Notes: a model not told the origin generated them from the sequence alone. Positions 1 to 14,250 are shown, counted from the stretch's first letter. The stretch is DNA of 64,000 nt from Takakia lepidozioides (GCA_030704615.1 CM060734.1:4774001-4838000); one strand, 5' to 3'. Program-made: numbers and translations.

Positions 1-284
1 GACTTTGAAAAACAGACAAGTGTCCAGACCATTGTAGGATGATGCTATTGAACAGTGGTTCCAACAATAAACTTTATTTTGAATCTGAAACATATTCGTC
101 ACTCTCTGAATCACTTTCCTCAACTGGAATAACGGTTGGTTGTACAAATGCCGCTTTAATGGTAGCCAACATAGCCAGCTCTTCTTTATCTAGAGCCGTG
201 GCACCATCTAATGACCTAGGTATTGGCTGATCTGATAAGGTAGACGGTGCCCGAAGACAATCGAAATCTGCATTTACTCCAATG

Positions 285-890
285 TCACATTAATGTACGT
301 CCGCCACAATCTTTTTTGCTCTTGGATCCTTCCGGACGAAGGACTACCAGCTTCCACTCCGAACCAGGGGACTCATTCGAAAAGAATACCTGTTCAATTT
401 GAGATGGAAAGATGAACGGCTCTTCATTTTCGGGTAACATCCTCTCAAAATTCGCAAGTAGAAAACCATACGAATCCCGCTTCATTGTAGCATTTTGTCC
501 AACGAGGTTGGCCCTCACCCAAGCACAACGAAATACAATAGGGTGCACTCGTCCATAATCCAGTTTCAAGATCTCTTTGATGACCCCAATGTACTCTAAT
601 GGTGACATGACTAGATTTCTATCACGCACACTATTTCTACTCTGTTGGTGGAAGACAGATGCAACTCCGGAATAAAAAGAGACAAGAAAACGACTCTATG
701 TGTCGTCCACTCGATAATGATTTCCATATGCATTCATGCCACGAAATGAAGCTGATCTCAATGAGGGGGGATTAGACAAATGAATTACCGTCGTATCCTC
801 AACACTATGCTCAGAGACATGGGCCTTGACTGCACGGCGTATCAATACCGGTAGGGGTGGAAACTCCAACAAATGGTGAGGGTATTGCAC
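285..890 (-). pseudogene. CACTA/En-Spm transposase (TnpD) C-terminal fragment, DUF4216-like region
   Basis: ORFs 696-890 (FRGMNAYGNHYRV) and 285-629 (YIGVIKEILKLDY..IVFRCAWV..KRDSYGFLLANF..EEPFIFPSQIEQVFFS..WKLVV) match the CACTA TnpD C-terminus. The frame is broken. Confidence 0.8.
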
Positions 891-1647
891 CGGAAGGTTG
901 CGGTGACGTCGATTGACACGCCACTCACGATCACATGCCTCTCTGTCTGCTGTGAACTATGCCTTCTCTGTTGCATACTTTCTATCACAAAATGGCAACA
1001 AGAATGACACATATTAGCAATGAAGTGTTGCATGCTCCTCTCGGCTTTTGACAATTCATGGGGAAAAACATGTATCTTCTGCGGAAGGATATCTGATTCC
1101 AGAGTTGTGTGGTACGATGAGCTCCCAGCTTGTTGGCAGTGCCGTCGGTGCTAAGACCTCTCCCTTGGAGCTTGAAGATGTTGAAGTCAATTGGAGGCAT
1201 AAGTGTAGCCTTTAGGAAGGGTAAATCTAAGGCCTAGCTGACTTTTGATGCTCCGAAAAGAAAAAGAGGGAATTCATAGTGCATGAATTAGTTTTACGTG
1301 GCTAGCTTTATTAGTGCTTAGCTGAAGTTTTTTTAGTGCAACTTCATCAGCTTCGCTGCTGCTTTCTTTCTGCAATCTCTTTGGAATTCTGTCTTTCCTG
1401 CTTATTTCCCCATTGACATTGATCTGTTGGTTCTGAGTGAAACCTCTTTGCTTTTCCTACATGGCCTATTTGTAAGGTTATTTTTTCCTTACTATTAATA
1501 TATTTTCCAGGGCTACAATCCCCCCTCTTCATTGATTTACAAAAAAAATAAAAAAATCGGAAATTGACCATATCTCGTTCCGTTGTGTGTATAGAGAGTA
1601 GTAGGTAGTAACAGAAAGCCCAATCTGGTGGGGGTAATAAAAAACAA

Positions 1648-1724
1648 TGGAGTGAAATGCGGGGTATCGATCCCCCTACCTCTCGCATGTGAAGCAAGTG
1701 CTCTACCATGTGGTCTACATCCCC
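1648..1724 (-). pseudogene. tRNA-Ala-derived pseudogene (Ala body, anticodon now reads CAC)
   Basis: Minus strand reads GGGGATGTAGACCACATGGTAGAGCACTTGCTTCACATGCGAGAGGTAGGGGGATCGATACCCCGCATTTCACTCCA followed by a T-run. This is a plant tRNA-Ala scaffold with a broken D stem (GACC) and a damaged acceptor stem. Confidence 0.8.
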
Positions 1725-2685
1725 AGACTGTACGTAGCCGGTGGAGTTAACAAACATATACTGAAACAAACAATAGCAGTATTACTGGTGATGAGAAGCA
1801 AATTAAGTGAAACTTGAAGTTACCAGGATGGAGGTAATCTTGTACATAAATGGTTTCTGAATCTAACAGCGTGAAGATGGACCCACCATGTAGAATTATC
1901 GTTTTAGTGTACGATAGGCAAGGCACACAATCTGTGCGATTGGATTCTGGGAATTTGAACCCAAGGCTTCTTGATTGGAGGTTTTTGCACCGTCCAATCT
2001 CCTGTGGACCCACCGGTCCCGTATGATTTTTGTACTGTTTTGAGAAGACAAATTATAAATGCGATCTCGTACTTTAAAAAGAAAAAGAAAAAGTCGCTGT
2101 TGAAGGAAAGCACAAGAGGGAGGGGGAAGCAGAGCAATACGAGCGTGCACGCTCGTCTGTCCGTCTGTCTCTCTCGACTCCATGCGATGCGATGCGATGG
2201 TGCTGCGGACCTAATGCTAAGTAGAACGATGGCACGCATTTAGCGCCAGTCTGGTCTTGTTCTTGTTATTGGGTTCTCGTTCTTTTAGTACTTGTGTCCG
2301 TGTGAGGTTCTGCATTGGTTCTCAAGGCTGGCCAGGGACGATCCCGACACGTTTCGGGCTGTCTGAAGGTGTAGGTACCATGTAGCAGGTGGAACGAGAA
2401 CAATGCTGCTGCGGCTTAGGTTGGGGAGCGAGAGCAGCGGTCTGTTAGTTGCTCACAGCCCAATCTTGGCTAGGTTTTCTACATTGAGACATTCTAGGTT
2501 TTAGTGGTCTGTATCTTGCATGTGTCCACACTGGTATGCCGTGCGGTTGCATCTGTGCGGACAGGGCTGCAGAAAGGAGAGAAGTGATGAAGGGAGAGGA
2601 GAAGATGTGATGAGGTAAGGGTTGCAATGGGAGGCGGGAGAAAGGAAATCAAGGTCGAGAGAGGGAGACGTTGGTGGATCTGACC

Positions 2686-5600
2686 ATGGTTGCCGCTGCG
2701 TTGGCACCCGCTGCTACTGTGCAGGAGTCACAGCTGCCGGAGAAAACAGAGGTAGAGAATGGCCGTCATTCGGGGGCTGTGGCACTGCCAGAAAAGGGCA
2801 ATGCTGGGGCGCGCAAGGGTCGAAATAGAGAGATTACTTCGAGGTACAAGGTGGCGACAACTGCCCCTCCTCTTCCAGTGGCACCTGCTGCCCGCAGGAA
2901 TCCTTCCCCTCTTAGACAACCCTCTCCTTCCCGGCAGCCATCTCCTGGTAGAAGCCGAACATCTAGTTCTAGCACATTGAGTATTGAGCTCCCTATTCGC
3001 CACCCCTCTCCAAACTTAGGGCGGACTGTGAATGCTCCCGAGGTCCCCAAACGGGCGTTCTCTGCAGAGAGACGACGGCCTGCTGTTGCATCTGATGGAA
3101 AAGCTCAATCTACCAGTTTGACCGATGGCATGTGGGCTAGCACGAAGTCACGCACAACCGCGCGTGGCCCTGAGCTTCTCTGGCCATCCATGTCTGCGTC
3201 CAAGCAAGCGGAGTGCCTGTTGCCCCCCCCATCGTCCAATGGAATTACTGCCAATGGTAGTCGTCCTGATGGCAGAGAAAAGGAGAGTAGGCAGGCCTTG
3301 GATCACACCTTAAAACCTGCTGCGAATGGGGTCCACAGACCTCCTGATCCTGCTGCAGGTCCACCCCAACGGAAGGGGTCTCCCATGCGACGACAAAGCA
3401 CAGATCAAGTTGAAAATGCTCGTCCGTCAGAAAATTCCCAGTTAAAAGCTGATCAGCAGAGGTGGCCTGGCATGAGCAATGGGAAATTTCCAGGGGGAGC
3501 TATGAGTAAGAGCGTGGATCTAGGTGCAGAAAGGGACAGGCCCCTCAGTCGAACTGCTTCATTGCTGGTACAGGGGAGGTCTGGGACTCCATCATCCCGG
3601 ACAGTGCGCCCCAGTGTCTCTAGAAACTTAAATCGCACCATGAATGAAAGTCCAGTGGCATCACCACCTCAAGCAATGCGGCGTACGTCCACCCCTACTA
3701 GAGGCAGAGGGGTTGTAGATAGTGGTGCCCGTGAGGCTGTAATGCCTGGTGGTGACGATCGAAACCAAGGTAATATGAGTTTGAGAGAGGGACATGTGCG
3801 GTCCCTGTCACAGGATTCTGAGCTTGCAGGCATAGACATAGCTACGACCTCCTTTGATAACATGTCAGACTCTGAGAGTGTGTCATCAGGAGGTTCTGGG
3901 CTGGGATGCAGAGGGCCTGGTCGGGGTACTACTGTGCCTGCCCGGGTGTGGCAAGACATGAGCAACAGATTGCGGCGATGCAATGAGGGTGACCGAACGC
4001 GCTCATCGGAGTCCAATCTGTCAGTAGCTGCAGTAGGGAAGACGGGGCGGCACACCAAAGCTGCGTACCAGAGTTTCCTCCCACCAGCTAGTAGTGGAGC
4101 ATGGGCACTGTCTTCAGGGCGGTTGTCAAGCACTCCAGGTGCAACAACTCAACCTCCCTCCTCACCCAAGCATTACAAAGGGTCTTCATCTCCGTTACGG
4201 GGATTGCGGAGTCCACAGAGGTCTCGACCTGTACCTGGTATCACAGCTGTGGCTGGTACTGCCCGTAGCCTGGGAGGTACCATGCTGAACTTTGGAATGG
4301 ATGGGCGGAGAGGGAAGAAGGCAATGACCCAGCAGGAGGAAGCCCAGCTTCTGCGCATTCTCCATAATCGCTGGCTGCAATGGCGTTTTGTGAATGCACG
4401 TTCTGAAGCAGTTATTAGTGCTCAAAAAGCTACTGCTGAGGTGCGTATCATGTTTGCAACTTCATTTTCACCTCTCTCGAACTTGACTCGGTCTTGAACC
4501 TCCCCTTGCTTCTGCCTGCCTATGTGTGGGTGTAAAGTTCTGTCTTCATGGCAGGTGGCCAATTATTGGTTCTGGGCAAGGGAGCTTGTTCTTTCTGTCC
4601 TAACAGGGAGCAATATTGCTTCAAAGTTGACCTTCTCTCCAAGTTGGAGTCATTGTCACCTCCAAGACCCTGCTTTGGGAAACGCAGTTGGAAATTTAGC
4701 TTGGAGTTGTGAAAGAGCTTGTCTGTGGACTGCGTTTCCAAGGTAGCAACCATAAATTGGACTTTGCTTGCACATTGAGTTGGGGATACATCCCTTGGGG
4801 CAAACCCTTTTTGCAGGACGGCACTAGTTATTGAACTCAATGAATGGAGCTTGTTAGCAGCCTGATATTCCTTCCTGATTTGCCAGTATACCGGAGGACA
4901 TGAGTGCAACCCTAAAACCCTAGTATGGTTGCATACTTTTATTTATAGACCTCGTTGTTGACTGGTTTGCGAGAATGCCAATCATGCTTTTTACATTAAA
5001 CAATATCATACCACACTGTCATCAGGATTTATCTTTCCCCATGTCTCAAGTTCGTTGCACATGTTGCTCTGTAGATCTGTATTTAGCAATTGTCAAGCTC
5101 TCCTCTTCTCCCCATGTCTCAGTGTGCAGCAGTTGAAATTTGTTGCTAAAATTTAATAACATGAACCAGGCTTTGCTGTTGCGCGCACAGGTTTTGGACA
5201 ATCTTGTCAAAATTTCCATCTTTTCTTGTGTGGCAGGTGTGGTTAGCAGTGGAAGGTCTTGTCTCTCTTGTAGTGAAATATCCCTTCTTAGTTGTCACCA
5301 ATTTTGCACCAATCTGAGAAATTTTACTTTGGAGGTGGCAGAGGTCACTGTATAATGTGTGGATCAAGACCTCTGAGTTGCGGTCTTCAGTAACGATGCA
5401 GCACATAAAGTTGCAGCAAGCCAGGCAGGCCCACAAGCTGAGCACCATTTTAACTACACATGTAAGGCCTCATCTTTCTCCCTCCCTCACATATCATGTA
5501 TCCGTACTGTCTCGTAGAGGAAGGTGCACTGTCCTGCATCTGTGAAGAAGACGTGCTCATTATCTCATAAGTCAGGTGGTTCTCCCTGGAGGAGTTAGTT

Positions 5601-7620
5601 GCTCGGTCTTGGAAGTGTGAAGGATGAGGGTGCCGGATGCATACTTTAAAACTTACAATGGGTGGGGTGAAGTACTGGTTAGTTAGGCAGACCTCATGTG
5701 AAGCTGCATCACTAGTGTTTCCATTAACCCACCCAAAAGGGCCTACTCAGCATGTCCCTTTCATTCAGACATCTCAGCATATGCCATTGACTAGGAGCAT
5801 TTCCCTCACCAGAAAGGACCTGCTCAGCACGTCTTTCATTTGGACGTCCCAGCAACAAGTGAGAAATGAGTGATCTTTTAGGCTTTTGCGTACACCAGCA
5901 AGATTTGAAGTCTTGATTATATGTTGTACGGGTCATCTATCTCAAAACTTCATCCTCCGGATCTGTGAATGCTATTTACAGCATGGAGGAGTGTATGATT
6001 CAATCTCAAGTGACATGGTACCACAGTTAAGATCTTTGTGAAGTCCATGTTTGAATAGGAATTAATGGTGGCAATTGGCTCTTGAAGGGGGCACATCTGG
6101 AGGATTGGGATATGTTAGAAGAGGAGCACACAAGTGCATTGACAGGGGCCATGGAAGCACTGGAGGCTGCAATTTTGAGAGTTCCTGTCACTGCAGGCGC
6201 CAGGGTAAATCAGCATTCACATTTTGAGTTCCTCACATTAGACGCATTACCTGAATGCTGACATATCAAGCTTGTTGCTGTGTGTCTTTGACTTGTCTTC
6301 AGCAACTTGTAGTTTTGCTATCTAGCTTCCCCTCACTGATCACGAGTTCAAGGGAAGCCTGCAGCAGCTTCCTCCTCCACCATAAGGAAACCATTTTTCT
6401 GTTTCTAACCCTGTCTATTTGGTGTCCTGATTGGAGGATTGTTTTAGAGACATGATCTGAGTAAATTTCCCCTTCCCCGTCTCCATTCCTTGCTCAGGCA
6501 GGTCATGATGATATCATCTACGTTTGTAATGCTCCACTGCTGAATTGAGAATTATCTTCCCCTCATCTTCAACCGACATCAGCCATCTGGAATTTTATCT
6601 TCAGAATTTGCTAGCAGTGGTTCCCCAAATAGCTCGTGTGTTAGAAGTGGCTCAAGAACATCTCATAATCTCATGTTGTCAAGCCCATAGTCAATAGATG
6701 CACTGCAGAATAGTAACCAACTTCTCCAGAAGTGTACTGAGGGACATTTTGTCGGGAGACACTTGCAGGCAGATGTGGACGTGATACGAGAAGCTCTTGG
6801 ATCAGCAGTGGAGGTGATGAATGCCGTGGAGTTGTCTGTGACTTCTGTGTCACCTAAGGTGAGAGCCTGCCGTGGAATTCTCTGGGAATTCTGCAGTAAG
6901 TGATCGGTGGGCATGTTGATAAGCCTCAAATGTTTAGCTGTGTATGTATGTACTTTGTCTACGGGGCATTGTCCTGGTCAATTCTCCCTTCTTAAACATG
7001 CAGTTGTAGACTAGGGCATGCATGCCGACTTGTGGTGTGGCTCCTTTCATTCTCTTTCAGTAAAGGCAGGTGGGATGGAAGCATTTGTGGGGTCAAAATG
7101 AGACTGACAAAGCACTAGCTTAGTAGTACCAAGGCTCATCTTGGGTACTTTGTGGGGTGCTATAGTTCCTTGGTACTCACATATTGGAGTTTCTATTGTC
7201 TGTGCTCTCTCAGGCAGAGAAAATGGATGTGCTACTATCACAGCTTGCAGAGACAGCAGCGCAGGAAAGGGCCCTTCTGGAAGAGTGTGGTGACCTTTTG
7301 TCTGTGGCAGCTTCTTTACAGGTGAAATGTCTTCAGCACAATGCAATGAGTGCCTTAAAGGTTTTAGCAGTAGACTTGCAACTGTACCACACCACAATAT
7401 TGACTACTACAGCTCTGGGCAAATGGTAGGGTCACCCTAGTGGGTATGATATTTAGGGATGTGGAGAGAAGATTTTGTGTGCAGACCCCCAAGAGAGCTT
7501 TTTTAAATGTATGAAATTGATCTTTGCTATGATTCTTTGATTGATCAGGTAGAGGAGCGCAGTTTGCGCACACATTTGATTCAGGTGGAATATGAGAAGC
7601 AACGGGCGTCACAATCCTGA
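2686..7620 (+). CDS. QWRF-motif family microtubule-associated protein (AUGMIN subunit 8/SCO3/EDE1-like), about 753 aa, 6 exons: 2686-4440, 5342-5461, 6088-6204, 6769-6858, 7214-7321, 7549-7620
   Basis: N-terminal REITSRYK, a Ser/Pro/Arg-rich middle, and LRILHNRWLQWRFVNAR. All introns are phase-0 GT-AG, and the exons join in frame (RSLYNVW..., GAHLEDW...LRVPVTAGAR, ADVDVIREALGSAV, ...ERALLEECGDLL, VEERSLRTHLIQ...TGA). Confidence 0.93.
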
Positions 7621-9441
7621 CTATGAGAAGAATGCCAATGGCCAGTAACTCTGGATTGCTGACTTCCATGATTAAAGGGGCAACCTTTTAGTGGGTACAA
7701 CCAACCCCATTAGCCAGTTTTAGCCAGCGACCCCTACACCAAGGCTATTCACCAACTCTTCTGTTTACAAGAGGCTTGCCAAGACGACTCCCTCGGCAGC
7801 TTGGGCAAGTGCGAATTGCCCACAGCAAAGAGGATCGGGCATGTCAGGGCAGCAATTGGCAGCATATGACACACAGAATTTGAGTGCGGGACCATTACTG
7901 AATGGTCACTTGTGGTCCCCACCCTGCAGTTGCACATGTTAGACTGTCACTCTTGGGCATCCTTGTCCCTTGCTCCCTTTGTAGCAGTAACCATGTAACA
8001 TAACCTGCAGAAAGAAGGCTGGCCCTTGCTAGGCTCATGCCTAGGTATTTTTCTATACAGAAGATGCTCCCTATTGGATCTGCCTCTTCCTTTCTCAATT
8101 CTGGCTTGCAGGGTAAGGTCAGGAGAATGAGACATCCTGGGAGAAGCTCATTTCTAGTATGTTTCTGAAACATCTTTAGTGTGGACAATGAATGCAGGCT
8201 TATATAGATGTTGTTAAGGTCAGTGTACACTGGTATCATGGATAATGCCAGCCTGTAAGGGCTGAAATTGTGTCAGACATCTACATGGACACTTAACATC
8301 TGGCATACGAAAGGGCTTAAGCACATCTCGACCCCCTCCAAGTGTGAAAAGTAGGAGTGAATACTGCTGGTGCTGATATATAAGAAGGAACCCAACATAC
8401 AGTCCAGACCGGGATGAAGGCTTCTACATTGTGGACTCTGCAATCACAATTCCCCGGGCCACGCCAAGATATGAAAATCATGGTTTCTACACATGATCAG
8501 CAAGGGTTTGTTTGATAACATGGTCAGGTGTAGTGTCACAACATTTGAAGGAATTGTGGCAGTGAGCACTGAGCAGTCTGATCACAAAGCAGCATCGTTC
8601 ACCAAATGCCTTCATCATCAGCTCGTCGTTACCACTTGATCCTGTTCTTGACATCCCAGTAATCAATCTGAGAACCAGCTTGTTGTGATGAAGTTCAAAG
8701 ATAAAATATTCCACAATCTACGTGTACAGCCAAGAATAGAACACAATTGTATTACCTAGTTTGTAGATGGAAGAGCACACAGAAATGTGCCAAAAGATAG
8801 AAGAGTGGAGTTCTAGTAAGAAGACAGGAGGTGGAATGGACAATCATGGTGGATAGTTTAATGTGTTGAACTGTACTCATGCTGGAGCTTACCACTCCTA
8901 CACCATGAACACAATTTGTGGCGGTGAGTGCTTTTGAGTTTTTTTCCTGACTCACCATGAAGAGCCGCCTTCATTTGATAATTGGAGAAAGATTTATAAA
9001 AAGTTTCTGTATATCGAACAGGGGCGTTGAAAGTGACCGCATCGGTAAGCTACTGTAGAATCAATCTGCGGAGAAGAATTAGCTGCAATACATACTTACC
9101 TAGGAACTTCGAAAGCATCCCGAGTCCTGATACAATTCTCTTGCGAGGGAACCCAAATTCTGGCTCTGTTTCTATGTCACATTGAAGTATCTTGCACCGG
9201 AAAGTTTGCCCTCTCATAACTCGTAGTTCAGTTTGGTGTTGCATGGAGCTTGCAGTGGGGCTCTTTGAGGGTCATGTCCTGAGATCTATCAACAGATTCC
9301 CAATTTAATTCTGAGTAAGGTGTGAAACTCGGTGAAAGGTTATCAATCACTGTGAGGTTCGGTTGCTCTGTGCACACTAACTAAAAAAGAAACCAGTCTG
9401 GAGGAGGACGCAGTTGCTGTCGTCTGAGTCCCATCACGGCC

Positions 9442-12197
9442 ATGTCTGTGCACCATCGCTGCCTTTCTCGGCGCTGGCCTCCTCTTTTGGGATTCAGATT
9501 GCATTCCATTTCTCGTCTGGCGCATTTTTTCTCTGCTGTTCCTCAAAATAGGTATTACGCACGCGCGCTCTCTGTGTCTGTCTCTCTCATTTCATTTCAT
9601 TTCATTACTCGTGTGTGATTTCTGTAGTGCATCTTGGTACTATCAATGTCTACTCCCCTCAATGCACCTGCTTCGTGTGTGGTGGAGCACAATGTAATCT
9701 GGATCGGACGATTAGCATACAGTTTTGTTCAAATTCTACAGAAACCATCCTAGTGTTTGTGTGCACCTATACAACGCAATGTTGACTACAAAATTCTTGC
9801 TTGCCCTCTCTTTTTGATAATGTCAGATCGGAAAGTTGAGCAATTTTGAAGTGCGAGGTTCTAGAAAGGTCACCACTTTTGGCAGGGAGTTGAGGGGCCA
9901 ATCTTCCTAAATCTTTTTATGTGACTAGCTATGTAGGTTGCAGAATCTTTTTGCGTTGGCCCTAAATCTGAAAGGTTGCAGGGTTTGGGGTTTAAGGTCT
10001 GAGTGCTCTTTAGAACATTCACAGCCTGCATTAGCTTTCGTGTACACTAATGTGTTAGATAGGAGCTCCCTGGGTTGCCCTTCGGTTTGATGATGCCATG
10101 TTCAAGAGCTGTCCATTGGATTTCCTGGCTTACAGGTTACCCAAAAGTCTACTTGTTGTTGAGATGTTCCCTACCTGTGTTGATATGTGTCCACTTCTAG
10201 TTCACAATGTTGATCTCGTTTTGTATATAAGCTGCGTGGTTGCCCTCTCATTTTGATAATGCTGCATTAGATCGCTATACATTCGACTTTTGTGCCTCAA
10301 CAACTTCTGAGTTACAAGATTTAGGGTTCAAGGTCTTCATGCTCATTGTATTGGTTATTGTTTGAAGATCTACCTCGGGAATTCAGTAAGGACTATATCA
10401 TACTTCATGGATATTTCAAGTATCATTTGAATTGCTAAACCATCTGTTTGAGTCTTCAATTTGAGGGCCTGAAATTTCTGGATTATAGACATGAAGAAAC
10501 AAATGATGTGGTAGTAGGGCGCTGGCAGCAACTGTGGCAACAGGGCCTGCCCACCAGGACTCTCATTCGGAGGTGGTGACAAGTGAGAAATGGAAAATTG
10601 TGCAGCGTCCCGTCCTGGACATAGAACTGCGCCGCTATGCGCAGTCCCCAGTAGTGCCACAAGCCCTTGTCTTACATGGTCCTCGAGGTGTGGGCAAGCG
10701 TACTACCATCGAAGGTTAGCCTGGCCTTCATATATATGCAATTCATAGTTTGGTTTTCTTTATACATCTCTTTGTACTGTGCAGATAGGATATACAGTAG
10801 CAGAATCAATTCATTCCCAGTTGCTCAAAAAGCAAAAGTGATACTTGTATTCCCGGTGAATCTGGGAAGTTCCTGCTGTATGCTGGCCAGTGCCACTGTG
10901 CCTCGTGTAGGTAATGCTCCTTAGCACTCCTGGTTGAAGAATCTGACAAGGATGAGCAGTCTCTGAAATAGAGTGGTGTCTCCCTCCCTTCTTATAGTAT
11001 GATGGCAAGGAGAAAAGAGCTGTCATTCTGCTGCACTTCATGTTATTTGCCTATTGGACACATCTTCTGTGTCTGGATGTGAGGGGGAGAGAGAAAGAAA
11101 GAAACTTCATCACTTCCGCGGGGGCCCAGCGGAGGTGGGAGAGAGAGACTTGCATGCACCAAGAACACTCCAAATGCTTTAAGCCAATTTGCAGGGCTGC
11201 TGCAGGAGTGGAGGAAAGCACCTCATGCTGTTGCATATGTTGACCTCTGTCCACAACAAAGAGCTCCAAGTGAAGGAGGCTGCACTCCTCCATGAACGCT
11301 GACCAAGGAAAGTGTTGCCTTGACTGAAGATGGGATATACAAAAGCCAATATGACTTAGGGAAGGTCCGTCAGCACCTGGAGCAAGCCCTTGAATCTCTT
11401 GCACTAGAAGCAGTGGAAGCGGGTTGTCTGAACAGTCAGACTGTTTTGAAGGGGCTTCTTGATCATCATGCAATTGACGGGGCATTGTCCCGATTTCTAC
11501 ATCGAGCCACAAATGGTGTACACTCCAATGACATTGGCTCCATTAGTACGAAGCGGATGTGGAAGGAAGCTCTCAGGCATATGTCAGCAATCTCAGGTCA
11601 CCTTAGCAGTACCACAGCAGCTCCCAACAGTGGCAGGGACCCCAAAAATGCGCTGGAATCTACAGTCCACCTAAAAGGTATGGTTACAAGGATACTCAAA
11701 CAGCATGTGATTTTGTCTTCTAACAAGGATGGCAGGGTCAGTACCTTTTACGCCCTCGTGCTTCCTCATACTGCTGCCTGTTGGTAGACAGGCTGACCGG
11801 CTCCTAAACGAAGCCCCCTGGAGCTCTCTCCTATACAGTTGCTGAGCTGTTATCCTTGAAAGTCAGCAAAGTTCAGGAGTCACCAGGGACCAACCTCAAC
11901 CTGTGGGCAACCCCCTATCACTTTCTTGATGCTTTCTCACAGTCTTATGCTCACTAGTTAACATGAGCAGACGTGGCAGGTGTGGATCAGAGATTGGATG
12001 CCAAGAAAGAGAAGGCAGCACTGTCTCTGGCTCTTGCAAAGAGGCTTCTGCTAATGCAGGAGGAGTGGAGGTTGGAAGCTGGAGCTGCTAGAAGGAATAG
12101 AGGGGCAGTTCCAAAGGGCATGGCTGATGCAGCTGTTAGTTGGCCAGTGCTTCTGCTACATCTCCTCTCATGGGCTGCCGAGGAAGGCCTTTTCCAG
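9442..12197 (+). pseudogene. Plant P-loop (Walker A) protein gene with a probable organellar transit peptide; exons 9442-9551, 10518-10714, 11195-11677, 11980-12197; in-frame TGA, 3' exons not found
   Basis: Spliced frame reads MSVHHRCLSRRWPPLLGFRLHS..., WKIVQRPVLD...PQALVLHGPRGVGKRTT, GLLQEWRKAPHAVAYVDL..., ...AAVSWPVLLLHLLSWAAEEGLFQ|gt. Intron phases are consistent. TGA at 11293-11295. Confidence 0.7.
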
Positions 12198-12849
12198 GTA
12201 TGAAGACCAACGGGCCCCACCCTCCAAATGGGAAGAGAGAGTGATGATGTACCAAGTAGACGTTGTTAGTCCTCTAACCATGGACTCCAAGGCAATGAAG
12301 CGGAAGAGGGGTAGGGGATGGGAGGAGGGGAAAATGGAGGCCTGCCATTGAGGAAGGACCCCTGCAGGGTTGGAAGCTATCATTAAAATGATATCCTCTA
12401 TCAGCCTTGATAGTAGATTCAAAAAATGAGCCCCGGAGTTAACCCGTGGAGGGTCACAGCTTTTGACATTGTCTTGAGCATCTGAAATTGAAATGAAAGA
12501 GCTGCAGGACATTCATTTTCGCTTGTGGAAATTGCAGAGAGAGAGTGAGAGCTTACTGAATGGCAGTTCCTGCAAATTTTTGGTCTGACCTACTCTTGAG
12601 GGTGTTATCCATGTGGGAAGCTAACCAGGGTATCTGAAGTGCCACTGAGCTCTTGCACAGACATAGATTATCCAAAGGTTCTGTCATCAATTATGGTCTT
12701 GCATTGACATCTCACAAGAAAGCACAAGAGTAGTCTGAGGACTCCTCATTCCCTTTAGCTTGCAACCAATGTGACATGTGTGGCTGTGGAAATACTGCCA
12801 GTCGCACTGTTGATTAAGAAGCCCACGGAGAGAGAGAATGTACTCATAA

Positions 12850-14250
12850 GACGTTGTTTGCCGTAGCCTTGTGGCCATTGACCCCGCGCTCAGTTTGAGC
12901 GGAACACAAAGGGACAGAACCTACCTCTGTCAGGGGCTGACGTTGGTAGTAAGACTTACGTTGGTATAAAACATTGATCTGGGTTTCCAGATATCCTCTA
13001 GAAATCCCTTCACACAAGCATCAATCTGCTGTGTGTGGTTTGCCCAGTAACTAGGCCCCAGAAGGGCCTGGGCTTTTGGCTCAGCCTCGAGACTTTCAAA
13101 GTTGGTAAACAGAGGAACAGGCACAATTCCCTTGATAGATTTGAGGAGAGCATCTCTCTGGTGAGAGAACCCTGGACAATGAAGCAGGAAATGAATATTG
13201 TCTTCGGGTTGCACACACAACGGGCAATTGCACTCTCCCTTTCCTCTCTGCTTCTGTTTGCTGTTCAAAGGTAGGCTTCCTGACCTGAGTTTAAATTTCA
13301 GTCTAGTGCCGAGAGTGGGTAGACCCTTGAGGTCATCCATGATGTCCTCCCCCATGTCACAGACTGGAAACAAGTTCAGGGAAGTTTTCTGCCTAACTTC
13401 ATTTTCATCAGACAATTTCATGGCAACAGACATGGCTTTGGACACTACAGCCTCTAAGTCAGGTTTATCCAGCAGGGTCAAGACTTGCGGGTCCAGATTC
13501 AGATCCTTGAGAATCTCTCCTACTCTCTTCTGCCAGGCTCTCCCTGTCCTCCAGGAAGCCTATTGCCATTGGGTGGACTTGATACGGGAGTACATTAATG
13601 TCTCTGTGACTAAATGCCGGCCTTGTGACCTCGTGTCTTTGTTTGTTTCGACCTGAAGCGCTTTGCTCCAGGTAAGGTAGTGCATTGGATTTAGTTGGAA
13701 AGCTTGGGGCCTTTCCCTCTTTAGAATATGCCTACACGGGCCATTCCCTGCAACTCCCTGGAGTGTGATCTCTGAATGGTAACAAGCGGACCCCTACCGC
13801 TTGGGGGCAGCCCCTCCGCCCAAATTGGGCAGTCGTATGCTCTGTCTAGCATACTCGGCACTTGGGCTCGGGTTGGTTCCTGTGCTTAAACTTATAGCCT
13901 GCGACAAAAAATTTAAGCTCCTATCAACATCAACACTCCTCAGGGTGATTCCTGGGAATTGGTTACTTATGCCAAATCTAGGGCTTCATGTGTAGTTTTT
14001 GGGGTGAATCCCAGGATGGACGATGTGTCCTTTAAAACTACATGCTCTAGCTTAGGCTTGGATTTCATGGCTAATGGTTCCATCTCGAGACTTGATAACA
14101 GGGGTACGTTGAAGGTTGCAATGACCAAAAGTGCTTCTAATAGAGTCCCACATCAATTCAATCTCAAAGAAGTTCGTCCCTTGACTGGCTGGAGAGCGGT
14201 CTTAGACATCGTTCGATTCGGAAGTGGCGCATAGAAAAATTCCATAATGA
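12850..14250 (-). mobile_element. Non-LTR retrotransposon (LINE) 3' fragment with C-terminal CCHC zinc-binding region; boundaries approximate
   Basis: ORF 12930-13481 has TRLKFKLRSGSLPL...CPLCVQPEDNIHFLLHCPGFSHQR, typical of a LINE ORF2 C-terminus. The upstream part is degraded. Confidence 0.65.

Noticed and set aside
2671-4497. 608-aa single-exon ORF as the full protein
   Set aside because: The likely start is the ATG at 2686, and the frame reads into intron 1 after 4440.
8400-9370. Possible decayed minus-strand gene (F-box-like start)
   Set aside because: There is only a faint resemblance, with stops in all frames and no consistent exon chain.
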